Virus record (IMG/VR): IMGVR_UViG_3300021490_000003
Coordinates: 1-45,762 of that record
Length of the DNA: 45,762 nt
Strand: one strand, 5' to 3'
From: a virus
Taxonomy: Duplodnaviria > Caudoviricetes
The notes beneath the pieces are model-generated. The model saw only the letters and a program-made list of their open reading frames with translations, ran no database searches and was not told where the DNA came from. Made by a program: the position numbers and the translations under genes. How positions within the stretch are numbered: position 1 is the first letter of the stretch; each line of letters begins with the position of its first letter. Below, piece by piece: positions 25,250 to 35,504 of this stretch.

Positions 25250-27106
25250 CTAAGTAAACATAATTGCTTCTATATTATAATACTGTGAATCAGAAAGAAA
25301 ACCTCTTATCTTCCCTTGTATTTCACGCTCCTTACATTCAGAAGACCTAAGAGTGATCCTCCACTGCCATTGACCTCCCTTCTTAAAATGTACACCTTTT
25401 ATTAAAGAATCTGTCTCTTCGTCATAAGCTATAAAAGTATTTCCTACTTTATCTTTCTTTGTAAAAGCTATATCAAAGGGAGATAACATTTTTAAAGAAT
25501 CCTCATCAATATCCTCAGTTATATCTACATACGGAGTACAAAAATAAAAAGCTGGCTGTACTACCCAAGACGGCCCAGTACCACCTCCGTCTATATACCC
25601 TCCAGATGAATCATAACCTACTTCAAAATGGTTTGTCCCTACTCTAATAGAGCCACTGAATGCAGCAGAAGTATTAGGAACAGATAAAATCCTTATAGCT
25701 CCACCGTTAAACCTTTCATTAACCTCAGTACATACTGCTATATGAGGCTCACCTTCCCACTGACAACGAACCTGGTAATAATGTCTAAAGCTCATGAAAT
25801 GATCATTAAGTCCATCATAAAAGAACTTACCCCAAGGAGGATACCTTGCATCAAACCCATTCCACAGTTCATAATCCCTCGACCAGCCTCCATAAAAAAG
25901 CTTGTAATCACAATGTAACGTCTTAGACACTACACAAAGATAGGTATCATGCTCAACATCTGTACGGCTGCAGTAACCAGGATTATCTACAAACTCATTA
26001 GGTGTCCCATCTGCAAGCTCATAAAAATACTCCTTTCCACTAACAGCTTTGCAGGTCACAAGATCTTCCATTTCATGAGATAAAAACATAAACTCCCTTC
26101 TCGTAGTTTCTATAAACTTACCAAGATTTATAGAGAAAGTCTTATAAGATGCAGTAGCTCTTGTACCATCTCTAACCCAGCTCTTGTGTGGCCCATCAGG
26201 ACAGTTAGCATAAATTGTATCATCTGGATCTTTCCACTCTTTATACTCCTTATTATAAAGCCAACACCCACAGTTTCCTCTTCTATCCAAGGAATTAGCC
26301 TGCAATGACATCTTGGGATCGAGATTCTCTCCCATAGGTGTTTGTCCAGATGTTACACAAACCCACTGCATGCTTCCATCATCATTCTCTTGTAGTTCAT
26401 ATTTACTGTAAGATATAGTCCACTGTTGAGGTGGAATGTTCTTCCATTCTTCTATGTTAAGCAAAGAAGTATAAAGTGTCTTAAGGTCCCTGGATAAAGC
26501 TCCAAAGAACCAAGCTTTTGTCATAGGCAGAGGCATGAAATGATTTAAGTACAAATCTGCCATACCCTTATTATTAACAATTCTTACCACCTTATATACA
26601 GGGTAATTCTGATAAGTAGGAAAATAGTCATAATGAATCAAAGAACCTTGTCGAACGATACTATCTTCGTCTTTATATACATACTTCACTTGAGAAAAAT
26701 GACATATTCTTGGATCTTGAAAAGGCCTTTCACCTTGAAAGAATCTCAAACCACAAGTCTCTTCATCTTCGTCTATACAATAAGCCACCAATTTAAAAAG
26801 ATCAAACTCACCAGTAACATCAAAAGTAAGAATCTTTAGTTCACACTCTATTCCTTCTTTAACCTTTTCTCTTTTAGGAGCATATATATTTACCTCATCT
26901 ATTCCAAAACAAGATCTACAAACTATCTCACTTCCATCTGTATATCTCACCTTTCTAACATCTTGATCTAATCTTTGAAAGCCCATATTGTCCTTAAGAG
27001 TATTAAGCTGCCTAATCCCCTCTCTAACCTTAAGATTAGCCTCTTCTAAGTCTCCATGAAGGACTATCCTTGGAACTTCCTTAGTAATCACCAGGCTTCC
27101 TCCCAA
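25250..27106 (-). CDS. putative tail-associated protein
   Basis: 618-aa ORF in the structural operon; Cys- and aromatic-rich. Confidence 0.6.
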   Translation of the reverse strand: MGGSLVITKEVPRIVLHGDLEEANLKVREGIRQLNTLKDNMGFQRLDQDVRKVRYTDGSEIVCRSCFGIDEVNIYAPKREKVKEGIECELKILTFDVTGEFDLFKLVAYCIDEDEETCGLRFFQGERPFQDPRICHFSQVKYVYKDEDSIVRQGSLIHYDYFPTYQNYPVYKVVRIVNNKGMADLYLNHFMPLPMTKAWFFGALSRDLKTLYTSLLNIEEWKNIPPQQWTISYSKYELQENDDGSMQWVCVTSGQTPMGENLDPKMSLQANSLDRRGNCGCWLYNKEYKEWKDPDDTIYANCPDGPHKSWVRDGTRATASYKTFSINLGKFIETTRREFMFLSHEMEDLVTCKAVSGKEYFYELADGTPNEFVDNPGYCSRTDVEHDTYLCVVSKTLHCDYKLFYGGWSRDYELWNGFDARYPPWGKFFYDGLNDHFMSFRHYYQVRCQWEGEPHIAVCTEVNERFNGGAIRILSVPNTSAAFSGSIRVGTNHFEVGYDSSGGYIDGGGTGPSWVVQPAFYFCTPYVDITEDIDEDSLKMLSPFDIAFTKKDKVGNTFIAYDEETDSLIKGVHFKKGGQWQWRITLRSSECKEREIQGKIRGFLSDSQYYNIEAIMFT

Positions 27107-27536
27107 GGATCACAGAAACAATTCCAATTTTATCTATCTTAAACTTATAACCAGTATCATTCTCTATTCTAAGTTTCCAATACCTACCTTTTCCATCTCT
27201 ACCAATAGGCACCTTTACTCCATCAGATCCACTAATAGTATAAGCTCTTTCATTTCCTCCATCATCATAAACCTTTAATCTTAGATTTCCTTCCAACTCA
27301 CATCCAAAATATACAGATCTTAATCTCTTTTGATAAGAGAGACCAAAGTCTGTAGAGGGCAGTTCAAGATAAGCATCTACATTCATATCAGAATCTTCTA
27401 ATACATATAAGCCTTCTCTACAAGCTCCAAGAAAAGTGTTTCCAATCTTGCAAAAAGACTCAAAATCATAGTCGCAATATTGACTTATAGACAATCCTAC
27501 AAGATTAATAGCCAAGCATAAAAATCTATCCTTCAT
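27081..27536 (-). CDS. putative tail protein
   Basis: TDFGLSYQKRL...GRDGKGRYW; context. Confidence 0.6.
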   Translation of the reverse strand: MKDRFLCLAINLVGLSISQYCDYDFESFCKIGNTFLGACREGLYVLEDSDMNVDAYLELPSTDFGLSYQKRLRSVYFGCELEGNLRLKVYDDGGNERAYTISGSDGVKVPIGRDGKGRYWKLRIENDTGYKFKIDKIGIVSVILGRKPGDY

Positions 27537-28389
27537 ATTTCAATATCCAACAAGTTTCATCTGTTAGAGATCTTGATTTAGCAAAAATATCAAGCAATCC
27601 TAAATCAACATCTCCAGTGGCTGTAATAAATTCATATCCAGAAGCATCTATATCCAAGCACGGCAGCACTGCTGTCCCTCTGCCAACTGCTCCATCAACA
27701 CTGCTGCCTAAAATACGCAATCTTGGAAAGTCTAATATTCCCTTTGTAAGAGAACCTTGAGAAACCTTACCAGAAACCCTAAGAACCCCAAGAGGAATAG
27801 CTCCCTGTGCTAATCCTTCAACCTTTGCACTACCAAGAGCTTTTATTCCTGGAACTTTAACAGCTCCATTAGCAAGGATCTCTCCAAGCCCTTGACTCTC
27901 TATCTCTAATAAAGGTAACGAGCCTTCAGCCTTGGCTCCTGTATAAGATAGAACCTGCGGCTTAGACAGTCCATAACTGGCTCTACAAGAAGTTCCTACA
28001 CTTGCAATAGAATCTATCTCAGGAACAGATAGAGAAACATCTCCACAAGCACCAGCAAGGGCTTCTGATTCTATAGATGGTAATGTTACATCTCCTATAG
28101 CATAAACACCAGTAATGGCATCTACACTTAAAAGAGGAAGAGTAATATCAAATTCTACTACAGGAGATAAGAATACTCTTCCATCATATAAAATAGTAGA
28201 GCTATTTTTTACATAAGCCTTACCATCATATAGAACTGTAGTAGTATCTTTTACATAAACCTTACCATCATACTCAGTATCGACACTTATAAGCCCAAGA
28301 AGAAAATCTACATCATTATAGCTTGGAGGTGTGTATGACCCAGATAGACTAAAGTCTATAGAATCATGTCCAGGAGGAGAATAAGCCAT
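27526..28389 (-). CDS. putative structural protein with beta-rich repeats
   Basis: YxPP...DF and YDGK(V/A)YVK repeats, then GxxxLP periodicity. Confidence 0.6.
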   Translation of the reverse strand: MAYSPPGHDSIDFSLSGSYTPPSYNDVDFLLGLISVDTEYDGKVYVKDTTTVLYDGKAYVKNSSTILYDGRVFLSPVVEFDITLPLLSVDAITGVYAIGDVTLPSIESEALAGACGDVSLSVPEIDSIASVGTSCRASYGLSKPQVLSYTGAKAEGSLPLLEIESQGLGEILANGAVKVPGIKALGSAKVEGLAQGAIPLGVLRVSGKVSQGSLTKGILDFPRLRILGSSVDGAVGRGTAVLPCLDIDASGYEFITATGDVDLGLLDIFAKSRSLTDETCWILKYEG

Positions 28390-28667
28390 TATGCTCCTAC
28401 GCCTGCATATACATCAGCATTAAGAGACTCTCCTTCTAAAGGAAAGCACACAGCAATAAACTTATCGTTTGCATTACAAGATACATCAATCGACCAATTC
28501 CCTGTAGAAGCATCAGAATATGTACTTCCTATAACAGATCCATCTCTATACCTATGTAAGCAAATAAGTCTCTTTCCAGGAGAGCCCTCTATAGATACTG
28601 TTCCAGAGAAAGTTACTGTCTTTCTCTTTAAAGGATGTAATTCTTCACTAAAGAAAGTAATTGCCAT
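28389..28667 (-). CDS. putative structural protein
   Basis: GAGG RBS; STYSDASTGNW. Confidence 0.65.
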   Translation of the reverse strand: MAITFFSEELHPLKRKTVTFSGTVSIEGSPGKRLICLHRYRDGSVIGSTYSDASTGNWSIDVSCNANDKFIAVCFPLEGESLNADVYAGVGA

Positions 28668-28668
28668 C

Positions 28669-29691
28669 TTACACCTCTTTTATTGCTATCCACTCAGTGC
28701 TATAGGCATTGAACACTCTCCAATCAACACTATTGAAGTCTGTATATACATCTTCACTGTTGACACCAGCAACGCCATCAGCTATTTTATAGATGTTCTT
28801 TAGCTTACCGAAGAATCCAACACTTGAACCTCCAAGAAGAATCTCTCCTCCAATGAGCTCAGCATTCATATCGTCAGGATTACAATAATCTATTGTATCA
28901 CTGTATTTCTTATAACAGGTAACACTTTCAGCTTCATTATGATTTATAAGACCTTCACTTTGAGCTGTTATCTGGTTACTGTAACTACACTGATAATACA
29001 TATCTGCACACAGTTTACTGCCGGCCGAGAAATTATGAGCAAGATCTGCTGTTATAGTCTTAGTCCCTGCATCTAAGGTCTTTATCTTTATCTTGTCCAT
29101 CTCTGCATTATCCCTTATAAACAGATATCTATCCACAGCCCATTCGCTTGGAATAGCATCTACTGTTATAGAGACATCATTTCCAGAAGAGAGACTACTT
29201 GAACAAGTAGCTACTGTATCGTCGTAAGGAAGATCTACTGTTCTTCCAAAGGAACAAAAGTAATATACTGAAGAAACAAGACTTCCAATGATAACCTGAT
29301 CAAGATCCCCATATACCCAGATAGGAAATGCAAGGTCATCATCTGCTACGACAATTTGTGCTGTGGTTGAGCCATATGTCTTATATGCAGTATCAGTTGC
29401 AGCGTCCCAATAAAGCATACCGTGTATGTTTATATTATCAGCTGCATACCATGTGATCTTATAATATAGATCCTCATCTCCTGACTCACCTACAGACTTT
29501 ACAACAAACCAGTCTCCTATAGCACAATTATCTTCATCTGTAGCATAGTGACTATCATGTAAAGTCCATCCTATTCCTGTAGTGGAATAGTCATAAGTCC
29601 CATTCCTCTTACAGATAAAGTCCCTTATCCTCTGAAAAGCTTCTTCAGTAAATCCTGCACAGTTCTGATCTACTAAGTTTGCATAAGCCAT
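28669..29691 (-). CDS. putative tail/structural protein
   Basis: GAGGA RBS; context. Confidence 0.65.
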   Translation of the reverse strand: MAYANLVDQNCAGFTEEAFQRIRDFICKRNGTYDYSTTGIGWTLHDSHYATDEDNCAIGDWFVVKSVGESGDEDLYYKITWYAADNINIHGMLYWDAATDTAYKTYGSTTAQIVVADDDLAFPIWVYGDLDQVIIGSLVSSVYYFCSFGRTVDLPYDDTVATCSSSLSSGNDVSITVDAIPSEWAVDRYLFIRDNAEMDKIKIKTLDAGTKTITADLAHNFSAGSKLCADMYYQCSYSNQITAQSEGLINHNEAESVTCYKKYSDTIDYCNPDDMNAELIGGEILLGGSSVGFFGKLKNIYKIADGVAGVNSEDVYTDFNSVDWRVFNAYSTEWIAIKEV

Positions 29692-29702
29692 TGTTATCCT
29701 CT

Positions 29703-30281
29703 TTATTTATATGAATATCTGAAGGAAAACCTAAATTCATAGCCAGCATCAGCGTCCTTATACAGCCCTGTAGTTTCTCCATCAGCAACGGCAAGATAAA
29801 CAGCAAACAATATCGCATCATCTGAAGTTGTAGAAAGAGCCATGCTTGATCCCTCATCAGAAGGATATAAGTTTATAGACCCAGGCTGACTATCAGGCAG
29901 CGTTGTCCAGCTATAAGAGCTGACAATAGCATTTTCGACATAGTTCTGTGTTAGCGATGGAGATCCTTGGTCTGCACCTGACAAGGCTGCAAACTTGCAC
30001 AGTGTACCTGCTTGGTCAAATCCTTCACTGGATAGCCAGAACTTGAAATCCTCAACAAGAGTATTTCCACCATCTGCGATTATATCCCACAGAAAAGTTA
30101 GAACATCTGAATCAGCAGCTCCAACTGAGATATCCACTGTTCCAAAATCAGCCTCATTGCCATCTCCTGTAGACACAATATCTTGACCAGATATATCTCC
30201 TAACCTCTTTGCAGGAGTATCAAGATCTGTCGCTGCTGTGCTATTAGGTATTTTCCTTAATCTTGTAGTAGGTTCAGCCAT
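29703..30281 (-). CDS. putative structural protein
   Basis: AGGAG RBS; context. Confidence 0.65.
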   Translation of the reverse strand: MAEPTTRLRKIPNSTAATDLDTPAKRLGDISGQDIVSTGDGNEADFGTVDISVGAADSDVLTFLWDIIADGGNTLVEDFKFWLSSEGFDQAGTLCKFAALSGADQGSPSLTQNYVENAIVSSYSWTTLPDSQPGSINLYPSDEGSSMALSTTSDDAILFAVYLAVADGETTGLYKDADAGYEFRFSFRYSYK

Positions 30282-30294
30282 GAATAAGCTCCTA

Positions 30295-31014
30295 TTAGCT
30301 TGCCGGCATAGTTATCTCAAAGCTGTCAACAGTAGTAGTGGCACCAGCTTTTATAGAAGTAGAACTCATGTTCAACTGAGCTCCACTGGTTCCACAGACA
30401 CCATCTAACCTTACAGCACTTTTAACAGCTCCTATCTGTTCAAGGTTATCATAGTACCTGAACCAGCCAGCCACCCCATCAGAGAGCCCCTTGCCAGACC
30501 AGATCTCTCCATCTTTTATATTAATAACTCCATCTATAGGACCTTGAATTTCAAGCCCATTAGTAGGAGAGCCTGGAGTGAAGTCTCCACTCGAAACAGT
30601 TATCTTCAATAAAAGTGACCCAGTCTCTGCATCATCTGCACTGGAAGGCTGAGAGCCACTATAGACCCTGATAACTCCATCTTTCAAAAGCTCTTGCAAA
30701 GATCCCTGGTTATCTCCTTCAACATCTGTATTAGCATTAAATGCCTCTGCAGTGTCAACAGTCCCTGTAGCGAACTCTATTTTCCCTGCAGATACAGCCA
30801 GAAGAGTAACATCAGACATATCATTTCCAGCTGTAGTGGAGCCCGTTGTAGTTATCTTATCCCCAACCTTAAATCCAGCGGCCAGGAATCTATTCTCTGT
30901 GTCAGTGATATAATCATTTCCTGCTCCGCCATCACCATAAGCCAGAGAAGTCCCTTTAAGATAAGCATTTCCTAAGAGACTATCCCTCAAACCTGTACTT
31001 AATCTTACTGCCAT
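30295..31014 (-). CDS. virion structural protein
   Basis: MAVRLSTGLRDSLL...IRVYSGSQPSSADDA...GVAGWFR, a pattern typical of phage structural proteins. Confidence 0.7.
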   Translation of the reverse strand: MAVRLSTGLRDSLLGNAYLKGTSLAYGDGGAGNDYITDTENRFLAAGFKVGDKITTTGSTTAGNDMSDVTLLAVSAGKIEFATGTVDTAEAFNANTDVEGDNQGSLQELLKDGVIRVYSGSQPSSADDAETGSLLLKITVSSGDFTPGSPTNGLEIQGPIDGVINIKDGEIWSGKGLSDGVAGWFRYYDNLEQIGAVKSAVRLDGVCGTSGAQLNMSSTSIKAGATTTVDSFEITMPAS

Positions 31015-31029
31015 TTTACATCTCCTTTT

Positions 31030-31923
31030 CTATAATCTAAGGGTACATACATACCTGTCATCTACACAAAGCCCAGCACCTTCACTGGATTTAGGACAAA
31101 CAAGTCTTCTATCTGTAAGATTTTCAAACACTCCCTTTGGCCCTGCAATACATATACCCTCTTGGGCACAAAAGATTATGACTTTCTCTAAGATCTCTCC
31201 ACCTCTAAGTTTCCTGCCATCTATAACAATATCAGTTCCTTCTACTGCAGGATAGTCAGTCATTTTGACCAAAGAAAATTCTTTAGGATTATCTCCTTCC
31301 AAGTATAAAATCTCCTCTTCAGTGCTAACATAAATTCCATCTTTTACACTCCTAAGCATCCTTACCCTGCTTGAAAAAGGAATATAATCTCCTCCATAAT
31401 AAAATAGACTATAATTAAAAGGAAGACTATACCAAACAACATCACCTTGGGCCACAAGCATAAAGCCATTATAAATCTCCAATAAGTGTCCCACTGGAGG
31501 TCCATAAAATTCTTTAGTAGTTGCAGGCCCAATATACTCACTCTTCTCCCAAGGATGATATGTTAAATCCTCAATATAACCATTCTTATCACCATTACTG
31601 AAAAAGACTCTATCTCCTACTCCAACATAACTAACCTTCTTATTTCCTACATAAACAAGATCTTTTACATTAAAATCTTCTCTCATATATGAAAGAACAT
31701 TATCTCTAACAAGATAACAAATATTCTTATATGTAAACAAACTATGAAAGCTCCCTGTAAGCTTTCTGTAAGCTCCCCTCCTTCTTTCAATAGCTCCATC
31801 CTGAGTAATATCAACATTTATAGCTTGCGCCAGCTCATACTTTCCATCCTCTACTATAAGCCTCTTAGGATTGGTCTTATTATTAAGCCCAAGACATTTA
31901 TCTAAAACGAATTCTTTAGCCAT
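31030..31923 (-). CDS. tail tubular / stabilization-like protein
   Basis: GLNN...AINVDI...RRRG N-terminus; follows the adaptor; TAATG overlap. Confidence 0.65.
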   Translation of the reverse strand: MAKEFVLDKCLGLNNKTNPKRLIVEDGKYELAQAINVDITQDGAIERRRGAYRKLTGSFHSLFTYKNICYLVRDNVLSYMREDFNVKDLVYVGNKKVSYVGVGDRVFFSNGDKNGYIEDLTYHPWEKSEYIGPATTKEFYGPPVGHLLEIYNGFMLVAQGDVVWYSLPFNYSLFYYGGDYIPFSSRVRMLRSVKDGIYVSTEEEILYLEGDNPKEFSLVKMTDYPAVEGTDIVIDGRKLRGGEILEKVIIFCAQEGICIAGPKGVFENLTDRRLVCPKSSEGAGLCVDDRYVCTLRL

Positions 31924-32549
31924 TAATAGCTCCAAATAGATCTTGACCGATGAGGAACCCTCTTTGCAACCCAGTTTTTAAGATCAAATAAAGCCATTTT
32001 ATAATTGATCTCTTGTGCCTTGGTGTTCACTTTCTCCCCTTCAACACCATCCTCTATAAGACTAAATCCAATAGCTGCAGCTTTAGAAACAATAGTAGCC
32101 CTTTGCAAATGTTCAGGTATTCCTTCGGGAGTATGAGTTTCTTCTGTCATCCTTGTTGGACTTCTTCTATGAAGCAGTGTTAAGGTCGTCACAGTAGACG
32201 GAATTGGCTGATAATATAAAGTACTTCCTTCCACAGCGACATATTCTACATCTCCTGTTTCACTCATAGAAGGATACATCTCCATAAGAGCCTCAAGCGT
32301 AACAACTCCTCCAGGTAGCTCATTCTCACTATCTCCAACATACAAAATCCTCCCATTACAGTCTAAAGGAAGATTAGTATATGCCTGACCCTCGACAGTA
32401 TCAACTGTTATAATAGTCTTAAACCCTGGCAAATCTGCATCATCGATTATAAGATCAACAGCATCATTTATCCAGTTGACTACTCTATCTCCAAAGGATG
32501 TATCTTGTAAGGTTATCTCAACCTCATCTCTTAGCTCAGCTAAATTCAT
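31923..32549 (-). CDS. head-tail adaptor
   Basis: MNLAELRDEV...WINDA...YYQPIP...IPEHLQ; position after the capsid genes. Confidence 0.7.
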   Translation of the reverse strand: MNLAELRDEVEITLQDTSFGDRVVNWINDAVDLIIDDADLPGFKTIITVDTVEGQAYTNLPLDCNGRILYVGDSENELPGGVVTLEALMEMYPSMSETGDVEYVAVEGSTLYYQPIPSTVTTLTLLHRRSPTRMTEETHTPEGIPEHLQRATIVSKAAAIGFSLIEDGVEGEKVNTKAQEINYKMALFDLKNWVAKRVPHRSRSIWSY

Positions 32550-32561
32550 CTTCAGTCCTAT

Positions 32562-32602
32562 AATAGCCCAGAAGATGCAAAAATTGAACCTTCTGGGCTA
32601 TT
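32562..32602. repeat. dispersed palindrome, copy 5, extended into a long hairpin; possible terminator/attenuator after capsid genes
   Basis: AATAGCCC-AGAAGATGCAAAAATTGAACCTTCT-GGGCTATT. Confidence 0.85.
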
Positions 32603-32623
32603 TCCTATCAATCCCGTTAGAGC

Positions 32624-33145
32624 TTATTGAAGTCTACTTACCAGGACATAGAGCCTTCCGGCGCCGGATGTAAGTCCTGTTGCAACCTCTGCTGTTATAC
32701 AAGGCATAGCAGTATCAGCTCCTACAATAATGAGCTCTCCTATAGAACCTTCCGCCTTAGCCTTAGCCCAGTCAGTACCTGTCACTGCACCATCTCCGTC
32801 AATAGCTATTGCTCCACCTGGATAATATCCAGCAGTTGCCTCCGTAATCTCAGTGCTTACCATATAGTTGTCTTTATCATAATTGCTATATGTAAGATCA
32901 ACTGAGGGATCATCCAGAGTACAATAGCCTATATCTATAGAAGGTGTTCCACCTGCAAATAGCGTCTCTACATGAAAGACAAACTCATGCAGGAAATAGG
33001 CTCCGCCAGCCTCTGGAAATGAAAACAAGGCCACGATCTTGTTCGCAGAATCCTTGTTTATCTCTGCAGACTGTATCCAGAAGGGATTTATCCTTACATT
33101 CGTCCTAAGATCTGTTCTCCTCAGATCTCCACCTAAAGTAGCCAT
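32624..33145 (-). CDS. capsid decoration/cement-like protein
   Basis: VETLFAGGTPSIDIG, AGRLYV; GGAGG RBS; downstream of the capsid gene. Confidence 0.6.
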   Translation of the reverse strand: MATLGGDLRRTDLRTNVRINPFWIQSAEINKDSANKIVALFSFPEAGGAYFLHEFVFHVETLFAGGTPSIDIGYCTLDDPSVDLTYSNYDKDNYMVSTEITEATAGYYPGGAIAIDGDGAVTGTDWAKAKAEGSIGELIIVGADTAMPCITAEVATGLTSGAGRLYVLVSRLQ

Positions 33146-33162
33146 AATGTTCCTCCGTCTTA

Positions 33163-33564
33163 TTAATGAACAACTGAATAGTCAGCAAAGACTATCAGCG
33201 TTCCCGCCGTGGTGCCCTTAGTAGTCTTAAGTGTAATAGCACCTGCGGCGTCTCCAAAGTATTTACCATCCGCCCACTTAGCCGTGCCTGCCATGGATGT
33301 CTTAAGACCTGTTACAGTGGGATCACACTCTATATTGGTCATAAAGCCATCCTCATCAGCAGACTCGCCGTTGCCCATGAAGCCTACTAAAACCTCAGGA
33401 GCACCGCCAGAGTAAGCGGTTATAACCCATAGCCATACTTGCTTCAGAAGAGCAAATCTCGGAATCCTTATAAGATTATAGGTTCCATCGGCCGGGGCTA
33501 TCAACCTCTTACTCTTAGCTAAGCGGACATTGTCTGAAAAAGAATGTGTGTATAGATCAGCCAT
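33163..33564 (-). CDS. capsid decoration/cement-like protein
   Basis: VITAYSGGAPEVLVG, AGTLIVFADY; resembles the neighbouring gene. Confidence 0.6.
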   Translation of the reverse strand: MADLYTHSFSDNVRLAKSKRLIAPADGTYNLIRIPRFALLKQVWLWVITAYSGGAPEVLVGFMGNGESADEDGFMTNIECDPTVTGLKTSMAGTAKWADGKYFGDAAGAITLKTTKGTTAGTLIVFADYSVVH

Positions 33565-33581
33565 CTTAGCTCCTTATTACC

Positions 33582-34637
33582 TTAGTCTATCGGTGCTCCC
33601 CAAGAACTGCCTACAATACGACCAAAGTCTTTTCCCTGGAACCTGACACATTTTACTCCAAGAATACCACCACCCCTGATATTCATGAACCTCTTGGCAT
33701 CAGTCTCATAAGGGACAAATGACATTGTTGTAGACTTAGACTCACCTGCGCCGCCCCAGGCTATTACAGCCGCTTGACAACCCAGGAGAACATTCCTGAA
33801 CACCCCAGCCCTACTATCAGTGCTATCCTTTATAACCTGAGGAATCCTTTCACTCTTGCTAACAAGCATACCATTATACTCAATCTCTACATCAGGCATT
33901 TGTAGCTTATTAGCTGCCCTTTGCAGGTCTCCCCACTGGCCTATATTGGTGTTCTGCCTTAAGGCATCAAACACATAATTGTGAAGGATAACACGATAAT
34001 ACTTTTTGCCTTTAAGAACCAGAGGCCTAACCTTATAGCATTCAGAGTCTGCCCTCGGGTTCTCTGCTACCTGCTTCATCTTATCTAACATGGTTAGATC
34101 AAGCAGATCTGCACTTGTCATGCTTGCTTCCGCAACATCATTGGCTTTAACCCAGTGATCACTATCAGGATCAACTGGGTCCTGAGCAAAGGTCTTACCA
34201 GCAATCCTGAAGCTAGTATCTCCACCCAAATGAGCAAATACCATATCAGCTATCTTGCTCGCCCACCAATACTGCAAAGCATCCTTACCCTCTTGCATAA
34301 GATTATAAGGAATCCTTTGCTGGTCCATCCTACCACCAGTAGATACAGCATGATTGAGCTCTTCCACTGTAACCTTAAAGTCACGAAACAGAAGTTCCTC
34401 CTCTCTTCCTTCTACTGTATCCCTGCCGACTACACCTTCACCAGTCAACGGAAGCCTAATACCAAAGGTTATCTGATCACCATCTCCCTTTCCGAGCTCC
34501 GTCCTCGTCTGAACTATACTATCTGGGCTCTTCCCTATAAGATAGGCTATTTCAGTAGACGGAAGCAGAAGAGAGAATAGCTCTCTTGCCCATCGTTTCC
34601 TTGTTAAAGGATCATTTGTTAGAAATTTCGTCTCCAT
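33582..34637 (-). CDS. major capsid protein, N4-gp56/DUF4043-like
   Basis: ELGKGDGDQITFG, LTGEGVVG..VEGREE, LLGCQA. Confidence 0.85.
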   Translation of the reverse strand: METKFLTNDPLTRKRWARELFSLLLPSTEIAYLIGKSPDSIVQTRTELGKGDGDQITFGIRLPLTGEGVVGRDTVEGREEELLFRDFKVTVEELNHAVSTGGRMDQQRIPYNLMQEGKDALQYWWASKIADMVFAHLGGDTSFRIAGKTFAQDPVDPDSDHWVKANDVAEASMTSADLLDLTMLDKMKQVAENPRADSECYKVRPLVLKGKKYYRVILHNYVFDALRQNTNIGQWGDLQRAANKLQMPDVEIEYNGMLVSKSERIPQVIKDSTDSRAGVFRNVLLGCQAAVIAWGGAGESKSTTMSFVPYETDAKRFMNIRGGGILGVKCVRFQGKDFGRIVGSSWGAPID

Positions 34638-34652
34638 CTAAGTACTCCTAAC

Positions 34653-35438
34653 CTACTTTAATTCTCCCGCAAGGTATTTACTATAGATCTCCCTGGGAAC
34701 TTTAGACAACTCTTCCTCTGGAAGATTGTCTATCTTAGAAGCTGTCCAGCCAACATCTCCTCCTCCAGCACCTCCATCGAGATTCTGCAGGCTCGCTGGA
34801 GCATCAGCGGCTTTCTTCTTCTTACCTTCCTCAGCCTTCTGAAAAGAAGGATGATGTTTCTTTATAAGATCATACATATACCTATAAGGATTTGTTAATG
34901 ACCATACCCAAGCCTCTACATCTGCAGAGGCCTCCCTTATACTAACACCATTTTTCTCAGCATAATCCTTGGCCATAGCTTCTATCATATCATCAAAGTT
35001 ACTTTGAGATACAACAGAATCCACGTCCTCATATTTAGGATTAAGCCTCATCATTTCAAGGACTGTATCCAGTTCCTTTTCTCTTTGCTTCACAAGGGCA
35101 TCTTGCTCTTTCTGAGCCTTTTTATCTTCCTCAGACAGAATCCCAGCCTTGTCAAGGATCTTTTCAGAGCCTTCCACCCTGCTACTTAGCTCATCCATGA
35201 CACGCTTGTTTTCTCTCAACAACTGCCTGAGCTCTTGGATCTCAGCATCCCTGGCTGCAAGTTGCTCTTCTAATCCAGGTTCCTTTTCTCCTTCTTTCTC
35301 ACCAGCATCACCGGAACCTTCTTCGCCCTTGTCTTTGCCTTCATCTTGGTCTTGGCCCTCGTCTTGACCCTCATTTTCAGGATCTCCGTCCTCAAGAGGT
35401 TCCAAGCCTTCCTCTTGCGACTTGTTTAAATCTTCCAT
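34653..35438 (-). CDS. capsid scaffolding protein
   Basis: Acidic N-terminus and coiled coil; lies between portal and capsid; ends KYLAGELK. Confidence 0.75.
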   Translation of the reverse strand: MEDLNKSQEEGLEPLEDGDPENEGQDEGQDQDEGKDKGEEGSGDAGEKEGEKEPGLEEQLAARDAEIQELRQLLRENKRVMDELSSRVEGSEKILDKAGILSEEDKKAQKEQDALVKQREKELDTVLEMMRLNPKYEDVDSVVSQSNFDDMIEAMAKDYAEKNGVSIREASADVEAWVWSLTNPYRYMYDLIKKHHPSFQKAEEGKKKKAADAPASLQNLDGGAGGGDVGWTASKIDNLPEEELSKVPREIYSKYLAGELK

Positions 35439-35504
35439 TCTCTTTCTCCTTTAAGAATATTTGATAATTCACCATGTCTCTTTCTAAGAACTTCAAAGAG
35501 ACCT